A stretch of 58,400 nucleotides of DNA, counting the filler, from Basidioascus undulatus (taxonomy: Eukaryota), in assembly GCA_000826855.1 (NCBI GenBank). It is 5 parts of 5 records of this genome, joined end to end, with 100 filler letters (N's around TTAATTAATTAA, not from the genome) between each part and the next. Parts side by side here need not be neighbours in the genome. Positions count along the whole stretch, not along the records: positions 22,838 to 50,801 come from JTLS01000154.1; positions 50,902 to 58,400 come from JTLS01001540.1; 3 more parts are not named here. The stretch is one strand, 5' to 3'. This document shows, piece after piece, positions 48,946 through 58,400 of the stretch (position 1 is the first letter of the stretch; every line of letters begins with the position of its first letter). The translations under genes were made by a program, and so were the position numbers. The notes beneath the pieces were generated by a model that was not told the DNA's origin, searched no databases, and worked only from the letters and a program-made list of their open reading frames with translations.

Positions 48946-50151
48946 TTACTTGCTCCACTGGTCGGCGTGGACGTCTCCTTCGGTGAGGGAGGCAGATTGG
49001 TTGGCGTTCTGTGTGATCGTGGGATACGTCAGACGCGGTTCATAGGAGGCCGGACCAAGGCAGAAGAACCATTTCTGCTTACGTTCTGCGAAGTGCGGAC
49101 AACATTCAGCACACGTTGGTGTCTTCGAGAGGGGTGGAGAGAGGGATGGTTTTGGACAGACCGTGTTTTGAACCTCCAAGTCGCCACGCTTCTTCTTCCG
49201 CGACCGGCGCTGCAGGCGCCGCGGGCCTGGAGAGCTCCTGCGCTTCTTGCCCTTGGAGTACTGTCCACCGTGTGAGCTCGTGTCCCTGCACATGCGGTCG
49301 CTACTTCAGTTTCGGTATTAACCTGGACACCGCATAGTGACTTACATGTAGAAGAACGCTTGGTTTGCGTTCTGTAAGCCTGCCTGTCAGCATCGGCAGT
49401 GGGAGGTGCTTGTCTGACGTTACCGTACGTTCTGTCGAGCAACAAAGAGACTTAGCCACACTGAACACGGCCTATCAAGATACAGGGGCTCGTAGAACCT
49501 GGCTGATAAGCGTAGCATCGCCGTCTATGCGCTTCTTGAGCTCGGTCTCGCGCTCAGCGAGCTGCGCCTCGCGCTTCTCAAGGTGGTCTTCGCGCTTGCC
49601 AAGCTCTGCGAGCAGCTCCTCCCGCTTCTTGAGCTCCTCCTCGCGCTTCGAGAACTCCTCCTCACGCTTCTTCAGCGCTGCCTCCCGCTTCGCGTGCTCC
49701 TTCGCCTTCTCGGCGGCGGCCTTCGCGAGCGTGTAGTAGTGCGTGTCGTTCTCGGTCACTGCGTACGCGCCGTCGATGGTGCTGCCCCATCATCAACGTG
49801 TCGGTCTGTACATGGAATAACATATGAATAATGGACCCAGTCTACATACGGCTTCACGGTGTTCATGATGTTGAGGCCCTTGGCGCGCTTGACCTTGTTG
49901 GGGCCCGCAGTAGGTGCAGGCCCGACAGGCTCGGGCGCAGCGGTGCGGCGACCGAACGTCTTGGTGTGCGCGATGACGTGCGTCTTGGCCGCGTTGTAGC
50001 CGATCGAGACGGACGGCTCGACGTCGTTGCCGATGTTGATGCCGTACGCGAAGACGTTGACGGGGGTCGCTTCGGCCTGCGGCTCGTCGTGCACGATGCG
50101 CGCGAGGACGAGAGGGGCGGCGAGGGAGAGGAGGAGGAGGGGGCGGATCAT
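48946..50151 (-). CDS. Secreted Kex2-site repeat protein, copy B (tandem paralog)
   Basis: Signal MIRPLLLLSLAAPLVLA and the same exon structure as copy A. Ends GDLEVQNT|N|NANQSASLTEGDVHADQWSK*. Confidence 0.8.
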
Positions 50152-50801
50152 TGTTGGGGTGGATGCGTCCGGGGGGGACCTTGAAGGAGAATTGAGAGAG
50201 AAGGAGAGGGAGAAGGGGAGAAGCCTTTTCTTTAAGTATGCTGTGATGGGTGAAAGACAAGCAGTGTTGTCGAACGGCGGCTTTGCGTGGGCGTGCCACC
50301 TTGCAATACAGATTGGAACACGTGAAATGGAGCAAGATAAATCCCAAGCGCGATAAACAGGCACGCACACAATCAGCCATCATAGAGATGGCAGGCTGTG
50401 AAAGGGGAGTCAGCGAGGTCTGGTTCCGCTCGAAGTGTTGCCTGCTCACGAAGAGCCCCAAGACAAGGACAGCCTTATCTTTCGACAACAGGCTGTGATT
50501 AATGTAGCACCCCTTTTCGTGAAAATCACGGTAAAATGGGCTTGCCCTGAGTAGCTAGATCCGACTTCTCCCATGAGCGTTGCATTCCCAACGGCGCCGT
50601 TTCTTTGTTCGCACAACGAATCTGTCCCCTTGAGAAGTTCCTACGAGGCCTGGACCTCCACTTGTTTGTTCACGAGAAACATGAAAGACGGGGAAGTCCT
50701 TAGCGGCGCGTGCATTAGGCGGATGCTGCCTAACCGTTGACGGCCAATGAAGTCGCAAGCTGACTGCACAAATTTTCACCCAACAAACGTGCAGTGCACA
50801 T

Positions 50802-50901
50802 NNNNNNNNNNNNNNNNNNNNNNNNNNNNNNNNNNNNNNNNNNNNTTAATTAATTAANNNNNNNNNNNNNNNNNNNNNNNNNNNNNNNNNNNNNNNNNNN
50901 N
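50802..50901. other. Artificial scaffold gap linker
   Basis: N44-TTAATTAATTAA-N44. Confidence 0.97.
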
Positions 50902-53508
50902 TCGTCCTTCTTCTTCTTGTCAACCTTCTCCTCACGCTCGTCCTTCTTCTTGTTCTTCTGGCCCTCGCCCGCCTCGTCCTTCCACCGGAACGCCTTTTTG
51001 GGCGGCGCGGCCGCGGGTGCGGGTGCGCCGGATGACGAGGCGACGCCGGGGCGGAGGGTGACCTTGCGCGGGGATTCGCGGGGGTAGGCCGCAGAGACGC
51101 GGCGGGCGCGAGAGGGGCGGGGCGGGGATAGTGGCGAAGCTTTGCGGGAGAGCGGCATGGCTAAAGAGAGGGGCGGCGGTGCGTTGAACCCGCCAGACTT
51201 GCCGGCGGGTGAGGAGGTAGCGGACGAAGGGGGCGGGACTGGAAGGTGGGTGGTCGACGTGCTGAGCGCGGCAGCGAGGGCCAGCTCGGCGTCCTCGCTC
51301 GCCTTCTGCATCGCCCGCGCAGTTTCGAGCACCCGTGCCGCATCCCCAATGACCTCCTGCAACGCCCTCCCCTCCCCGCCGAGGACGCCCGCCGCGCGCG
51401 CGCCCGCCGCCGCGGCGTCCGCGCAGGCCCCAAACGCAGCCTTCCACGCGTCCTCGCGCTTGCGCGCCTCCTCCACGCGCGCCTCGAGCCGGCACAGCGC
51501 CATCGCGTCTCGGATGCGGTTCACGGACGGCGCGTCGAGCGAGTCGTACCGCCGCTCGCCGATCGCGCGCAGCGTCGCGTCCAGCATGGCGCTGCTCTTC
51601 TGCGCTTGGGTGAGGTGTGCGCGCGCGGGCGACGTGGGCTCGAGTATCGCGGCGAGGGGCGTGAGGAGCGTGGTGAGGAGAGCCTGCTCGGCCAGGGCAG
51701 CAGGGGAGAGAGGTTGGGGCATGGCGGCGAGGACGCTCAGCCGCGCCTCGAGCGGCGCAGCCTGCACGGCCGCGGTCGCGAGGACGGTTTCCCAGCCCGC
51801 GCCGGCGGCGATGCTGGGGAGGGTCGCGTCGAGCTTGGCGCGCATGTCGGCGATTGCGCGCTCGACCTCGCGCGCGGCCGCGTCGCGCTTGCGCTGCTCC
51901 GTCGCGCTCCGGAGCTCGGCGCCCTCGTCGAGAGCATTCTGCAGGCGCGCGTTCACCTCACGCAGCTCGGCGATCGTCTGCACGTACTCGCGGACGTGCC
52001 GGTCGACGTTGATCAGGTTGCGCGACACCTTCGTCTTGATGTTCTTGGCGCGGTTCGCGTACTTGAGCGTGTTCTGCGACTCCTCGTAGTGCATCGAGGC
52101 GGGGGAGACACAGACGATCTAGGGGGAAGAGTGAAGAAAGCATGAGCAATGAGAAAAAGCGCTCGGCGCAGAGAATACCGAAAACGCACCATGACCGTCT
52201 TGCAGTTCCCGCCGAGCGAAAACTTGAGCAGGCGCGTGAGCTTCGAGTTGCGATAAGGAATGTGACCCTTCGCGCCCTCGCAGAGCGCGTTGATACAGTT
52301 GCCGAGGGCGAGCAAGCTTTTGTTGATGTTTGCGCCCTCGGCCATGCGCGCACCCGAGTTCTGCGTCGCACTCGCGCGCTCCGACCCGGCGAGGTCGATG
52401 ATGCTGAGCGTCGCGCACTGCTCGACGTCGCTCGTCGGCTCCTTGCGCTTGACGTTGACCTGCAGCACGGCGTGCGAGCGCGAGCTCGTCGCGTTCGCCA
52501 TCGTCGGGCTCATCGTCCGCCGTCGATTCCCCTCGAGCACCATCTCGAGCACTTCCTCCCACGTGCGCGGGTGGTGCTCCGACAGGCGCGCGACGCTGAT
52601 CCGCCGGTCCGCGTTCTCCTGCAGCGCAAGGCCGCCCTTCGGCGGCGGCGGTGAGCCCGGTGGCGCAAGAAGGTCCCGGATCGTCTCGTTGTAGATCTCG
52701 AGGTAGGAGAGCGAGACGTGGACCGAGACGCCGGTGGGCTCGAGCTCGGAGATGCGCAGGAAGAGCTCCTGCATCGTGCGGATGATGATGCCCGGGTCGG
52801 TGGGCGTGCCGGAGATGGTGTGCGTCTTGCCGCAACCGGTCGCCTACCCTCACCCACCCTGCGTCAGCGTGCCTTTCCAATCCACGTCGTCTGCCAGGCC
52901 ACGAGACTCACTCCATATGCGAACACCGTCGCGTTGAACCCATCCAGAATCCCATCCAGCAACGGCCTCGTCGTGTTATCAAACACCTCCTCCTGGCTCG
53001 CGCCCTCGCCAAACACGCGGTCGAACGCGTAGCGCTGGTCCTTAAAGCGCTTGGTGCCGGGGCGGACGAAGCCCTTCTCGGCGAAGGCGCGGGCGGGGTC
53101 CGAGTCGGGCGGGTCGAAGACTAGGACACGGTCGTCAATGACCTCGATGATGCGGCGGGCGGAGCGGGTCTTGTTTGGTGTTGGAGGGGCGAGGGAGCCG
53201 TCGCCGAGGAAGACTGCAGGCGCCGTCGAGACTGGCACGATGAGACCGGACTCTTTGGCGGTCAGGGGACGGACGCGGACTGTTGAGAGGGAAGACCGGG
53301 GTCAGTCTGGTCTGTCGTGGGGATACTGAGCATTATCTGGCCATCTGGCATGAACAGCCATCGCGACTGAGCGCCGGGATGATCGTCCGGGCTGGTGTGC
53401 TCGCTCGCTCCATCCCAAGCATCGACGGAGCTCCCAGCCGAGCTCTCTCCGCCTGTTCCAGGGCAAATCCCACTCACCCGAGACGTTGATGCTCGAGTCC
53501 GCCGACAT
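50902..53508 (-). CDS. KIP3: Kinesin-8 family motor (Kip3/Klp5-like), 3' end in gap
   Basis: MSADSSINVS|VRVRP, LVFDP, YAFDRVF, P-loop FAYG|ATGCGKT, NATSSRSHA, DLAGSER, EGANINKSLLALGNCI, HIPYRNSKLTRLLKFSLGGNC and NTLKYANRAK. Confidence 0.92.
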
Positions 53509-53847
53509 TGTTCAGGCAAAACGGGAGGTAACTGTATCCAAATGCAGGGCTCGAGCTGGTCGGTCGCAGAGGGGATGTTGTGGGGCTCGAGCGGTGGGAG
53601 TGTCGAGCCGGATGTGGAGTGTGCGGGGGAATATGTCGGCTAGAGAATGAGTGTAATTCAGATGGGGTCCCGCACGCAGCAGGTCCAGGCTGGTAGAATG
53701 AGGATCGTAGTGGTTGATGATGGCGGTCCGAGGCTGGAGGGCGGGCGATGGGCACAGGGAACGTCGGTGAACGAAAGCAGCGCCCGCCTGTCAACCCACG
53801 ACATGTCCTTCGCGTAAGACGCTGACGCGCCGGCGCACGTGACCTTT

Positions 53848-53912
53848 TTTTCTCAGATTAACAGAGCCCCGAAACAACACATAACAAACGATTTTCTCAG
53901 ATTAACAGAGCC
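53848..53912. repeat. 21-bp direct repeat TTTTCTCAGATTAACAGAGCC x2
   Basis: Copies at 53848-53868 and 53892-53912. Confidence 0.85.
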
Positions 53913-54882
53913 ATCTTTCTTGGAAGCAAGGAGATGGCATGTATGGTCAGAGAAGTGATCGAACTGCAGCCTCCTGGCCTAAGCCTGCCACTTCGCCTTC
54001 ATGTCCCCCGCTTCACCTGGTGGCACACTGCTCCTGGGCAATGAGCCATACTCCAAAAGTAATCCTGTACACTATTTTGGGTAACGGTTGAAGAGTGATG
54101 AAGGGCTGCAGGGGCACCCTAACTGCTCACCTGGCGGTGGCCTGTCAAGTGACTGAAATCACACCCTCGCCCATCTACTTCTCAGACTGCTCTGCAGGCG
54201 TTCACCCGACGTGAATGCCCGAGGACTACTTAGAAATCTATTATTTATTTGAATGAAGAGTCGCGGTGGCTTAGTGCTTTGTGATTGTATGAGCATGTTC
54301 ACCTTTGGCTTTGGCACACGTCTGCCGGCTTATGCTGGTCCCCTTAGCTCGCTGGCTTTATTTCTTACCGATACGATTTCGAGCAGGTTGTAGCTGTAGC
54401 AAGAGATGGGAGACATTTTTCGTTTCAACAGCACGTTGAGAGTTTGACTGAGAATCGTAGGACATCGTAGCCGTGTACCACTTGCACGCTGCAGTATTCG
54501 TATACTGCACGCACATTACTAAAGTGATTCGCGAGAGGATACATAATATATCTAAAGATTAAAAATTCAAGAGTTCCAGTATACGTGTCACCATGTGGGT
54601 GTCCAGCAAGCCAAAGAGCAAGGAGTCATCCGGGAGCTTTCCGTTCGGGTGTCTGTGTCGGCTGCCGGGGCTTACTTGCATCTGGGGATGGAAGAGCACA
54701 CTTTTGAGGTCGAAATAAAACCCTCGTATAATTACCAAATATAATTCATAATAGCGTCGAGCACGGCAGCAACAACGTATCAAATAGTGGACAACAACTT
54801 CACGATGCCCCCGTTGAAAGAGGATTGGTTTGTGCTATTAAGGATGTGTAGATCGGTGGGGATGGCGTTTGTATGGGCCCGT

Positions 54883-55511
54883 TCACGACTTGTCCTGTTT
54901 TGAGCAAGCGAAGAGAGATGTCAGTGAAGCATCGCGGCCAAACCAGTCGCACAACGCTGGAGGCGAATGAGCCGCTCGCCTTGATCGGGATGTCTTTGCC
55001 GGTGACCTGTGATGACAGAGATAAGCTTTGGTCATGCGAGTGCTGGAGAGGAATACTTTCTAACCTTCCGGAAAGCGGTGCGGATCCCGTCACTTGATGT
55101 GAAAAACACCTCAAGGTCAGCGGAAGGTCTGAAAGAGCAGGTGCAACAGCAGCGCGTACGATATCTTCTCAGTGGTCGACGCGTTCTAGTTCAGTAATAC
55201 TCCACTTAAGCACATTTCTTCCTTCCTAAGACGGAGCAGGCAAAGAACGCACCGTCTTGTGTCCCGCCTTCCCCGCAGCGTACTGCACCCTTCAACATTC
55301 AGCCTCGGTCTCCTCCCCTCTCCACGCATTCACACTCACCGCAACGCCCTTATCGTGCATGTCCTTCTCCCTCCTCCAACCAATCAGCCCAACTCTCTTT
55401 CCCCACTTCCCGCCTGCATCGACGCACCTGCTGCTGAGGCGCGCCGCCCGCGCCATTCTGTCCCTCATTCGCCGTCGTGCCGGTGGGAACGTTGGTAGGG
55501 TTGGAGGACAT
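54883..55511 (-). CDS. ~77-aa hydrophilic microprotein in 7 tiny exons
   Basis: MSSNPTNVPTGTTANEGQNGAGGAPQQQ|(K)DMHDKGVA|YAAGKAGHKT|NASTTEKIS|DGIRTAFRK|VTGKDIPIK|DKS*. The frame is preserved through GT-AG introns and a final GC-AG intron. Confidence 0.72.
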
Positions 55512-56118
55512 TTTCGAGCTTCTCGCTGGGATTTTTACTGGTACGCAAGAAGAGCTATGTGGGGATAGGTGGGGGAGGGAAAGGGAGAGTGGCGATAGCG
55601 ATACGGCAGCGGGACTGAACCAAGACGGACACTGAGTTTAGCTAGGCTGAATATAGGATCGGAGTGCAGGCTCGAGGGGAGCTGTTAGCAAATCAAAGGC
55701 CCTTAAGAGGCGTAGGATAATGCGCGTTTGATAGTAAAGTCGCAAATGTCTGTTGGCGATTCGGTATAGGGAGAGTCCGTCGATATCGGTCGACATGGCT
55801 CGTGGCTTGCGATGACGAGAATCAGACTGCTATCGCAATTTTCCCGTAATTTTTGACTGCGGCTTGGAGGGCCGCGGCGCATCGGCTATGGGAACATGAG
55901 TCCAGAGATTTTGGATACTCATGAGGCTGGTGATGAAGCTAAAAAAGGATAGAGTCAGCGATGGGACAGTGGGAGGGCGCGGTGACAAACGAAACGCACC
56001 CTGGAGCACCAACCACCCCATTATTGACCGCCACCAGCCCGAGCGCCTTCACAGAGGGAGAAGGTCAAACTGTTCTGCAACAGCTTTCCTGAAACTCTTC
56101 AGGAGGATATATATCCAA

Positions 56119-56667
56119 TCAGTCAGCCAGTAGACCGCAGTTGAGATGGGCGATCTTCGTTACTTCGTCATGCGCGGCCTCCCCGACAGGCGCAGAGAGC
56201 AAGAGGAACGCGTTTGCCCAACTGGAAGAAGCCCCCAACAGAAGCGCCCAGAAGCTGTAGCGTGCCACGTCCACCGCAGCCGGAACGAGTGGCCAGACTC
56301 CGATTGGTGAAGCTGATAAACGGAGATGCGACGTAAGCGACGCACACCAGGAAGTTGAGCAAAGGAGCGAGATACCGCGCTGCTGGCTGGCCCAGGCGCC
56401 ATGGAAGACGGGGATGAAGGTGCCGAGAAGAAGGACTGCGGTGCCTCGATCCGTCAGAACATGTGACGAATTTCTGGGTATTAACATACACTTGCGCCCA
56501 AACAAGGCCACGCGGTTCAGGTCGTAGATCGAAAAAGGCCCGATGTAAGGCGCGATATAAAGCTGGGTACACAGACAGACGAGTGCGAGAGCAAAGTCTG
56601 GGAAAGGTATTTCAGGACGCTGGTAAAAGACAGCCGTATCAGAACACGTCTCGCACGCACACTGCAC
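56119..56667 (-). CDS. Possible multi-pass membrane protein fragment
   Basis: Hydrophobic stretches (LALVCLCTQLYIAPYIG; VLLLGTFIPVF; YSFWALLLG) separated by intron-like segments. No family recognised and the start is undefined. Confidence 0.3.
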   Translation of the reverse strand: MQCACETCSDTAVFYQRPEIPFPDFALALVCLCTQLYIAPYIGPFSIYDLNRVALFGRKCMLIPRNSSHVLTDRGTAVLLLGTFIPVFHGAWASQQRGISLLCSTSWCASLTSHLRLSASPIGVWPLVPAAVDVARYSFWALLLGASSSWANAFLLLSAPVGEAAHDEVTKIAHLNCGLLAD

Positions 56668-58400
56668 AACTCTGGCACACTGTGATTAGAGACGCCAGTA
56701 ACCAAGTAGTGCTGCTTGTGATCCTCGTATCGTGTCGCGTCTCACCTGATAGCGTCCGGTCCTGCTTTCTAGTAACGTCGACAGCTCGGAAAGAGCTGGA
56801 GCGGGACGTGACATCTGATTCTTGGTGCTGGAAGACGCTCACATAAGCGGTTGGTTGATGTGGATGATAGTCTGGGTCAACCGGCACGCGGCGTTGTCCC
56901 CTCAAGTCGCCTGCCTCGCAGTGCCAACTATAAATTGGGAAGCTCGGCTTCGGGAAACGCAACCTAAGTTGGCAGATAAGGCCGGCGGAGCTGTTACATA
57001 TCTTATCTAGCCCAAACAACTTGCAGCATGTCATTCGATACGAGGTCAGTTTTCGCTGGAGGGTGTACTCCATGGGCGTCCCTGCTTAGTTCCGGGTCAG
57101 GGTATTGAGGGTGTAGAGCTGCCAAGTATTTGAGCCTTACAAAACTCGGTATCACTGCTCGTAGGTGGTCGCACTTTCCGGCCAGCTGCAGGTCCGTTTT
57201 CTCGTTCGCTCGGCCTGGTTTCCGGCACTATCCCCGTCTGATGGGAGACCGTCGTTGTGACAGTACATTTCATAACCATGAAACTGGGCCATCCAATTAG
57301 TTCATCGCGTTTCTTTGAATACTCCCGCTTTCTCACCCACTGGGACGAGCGGACCGCGAGAACGTCTGCACCGACCCTTATCCACCCTTATCCTTGGGAG
57401 AGCTTACCTCGGTTTCATTCCTAGCAGGCCGCAATTCCAGGGGGAAATTTTGGATGAATTTTGAGAAACGGCTCAGGGTATTGTCTAGGGTACTGGTTCG
57501 GCAGAAGACTGTCTACGACTGTTAACTTGTGCTACTCTGAAGGGAGAGTCAGGCTGCGCTAGAGGTAGAGAACCTTGGCTACTTGGAAGATGCATACTTG
57601 AAACGGATACAGGCCTGTCGAGCCAAGTCGAGCTATGTACAAAAAAGAGGCGGTGATTGGGACGTCTGGAAATGCTGTTACACAGTGAACTGCTGATGTC
57701 TGGATTATTCAGCATCACAGCAACAGATAAACGTTTGTTCTGCAAGATAGCTTAACGCGCCAGCTTATCTCATCCAGCTAAGCAATTAAAAAGATCAGAA
57801 GGGAATGTGTGTTAATCAGACGAATTGTTTGCCGCGCGCGGAGCCCGCGAGCCGGCCCTGTGTCATCTATAGCTCTTTTTGAATTCGCTCTGCCCGTCTC
57901 TCCTTCCTTCCACACCCCGAACCTAGCAGCTCGAAGGCTACGAGGCTCGCCACACACAGTCGGTTCTCCCCACACCGACCCACTCGCGAGCGGGCTAAGG
58001 TCTGAGTATTCTAATCCCCATCACACTGGCTCTAGCTGGGCCCAGCGGTAACCCGCTGCGCGGCGCACCAGACAATCACCTCGCCGCCTCCCTCCTCTCG
58101 CAGGAAGCCCGATGATACGAGGGCATGGGGGCGTATTCGAGGTTGGGAACACGTCGCGGGGATCGCGGGACAGCTGGCTATTTTGCTAACGGCCACTTCC
58201 ATGACAACTCGTCTTCCTCCCCCGGTGCGAGAGACGGGCTGCCCCGCTTCAGTGCACTTCGTAGCGCCCGCGTGGCGTTCTTGGACGCACGCGGGGAACT
58301 CGATTCAGACTATTCTCGAGCTACTGGGCTTTGGGTTCATCCCACTTTTTTCCTCACCCTGCTCTTCGAGCGGCGGTCTTACCTGGATGCGGTGGCGTGG

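Noticed and set aside
47040..49700. CRISPR-like or mobile-element reading of the repeated CGCTTCTTGAGCTC-type units
   Set aside because: These are codons of the KR-heptad protein repeat in a eukaryotic gene pair, with no spacer structure.
51142..52145. Long plus-strand ORFs (315 and 299 aa) and many similar overlapping ORFs
   Set aside because: Antisense shadows of GC-rich coding sequence (here kinesin-8) with no independent motifs.
57370..57480. Weak similarity to 47970-48050 (TTTGGATGAA-TTT-GAGA) and a 10-bp tandem ACCCTTATCC
   Set aside because: The match is too short to distinguish from chance without an alignment search.

Overview
Eukaryotic, intron-dense, GC-rich fungal DNA. It is basidiomycete-like, with short GT-AG introns carrying CTRAC branch sites, some GC-AG introns and microexons. 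The window is five contigs joined by artificial 100-bp linkers (N44-TTAATTAATTAA-N44), so adjacency across the gaps is unproven. Recognisable genes are a Mit_KHE1-like protein, an ABCB/MDL-type half transporter (partial), a Ser/Thr-rich single-pass membrane protein, RPL10, MCU (partial), an EXPERA/TMEM97 protein, a TPP-dependent enzyme, a GT4 glycosyltransferase, POP4, a GMC oxidoreductase, a Cys-rich secreted protein, CIA30, FOX2, kinesin-8 and a ~77-aa 7-exon microprotein missed by the ORF track. Several accessory genes (RGS-like, CYP63-like P450, F-box-like, Tudor-like, His-Ser-repeat, GMC) carry stops or frameshifts. The most interesting element is a tandem pair of secreted Kex2-site repeat proteins (46.4-50.2 kb). 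Each has four Asn-rich, beta-prone modules, a KR-punctuated heptad block and two conserved 3-nt AAC microexons, making them candidate repellent/functional-amyloid peptide precursors. No rRNA, tRNA, CRISPR or intact transposon was recognised. All family calls come from remembered motifs and manual splicing, not database searches.
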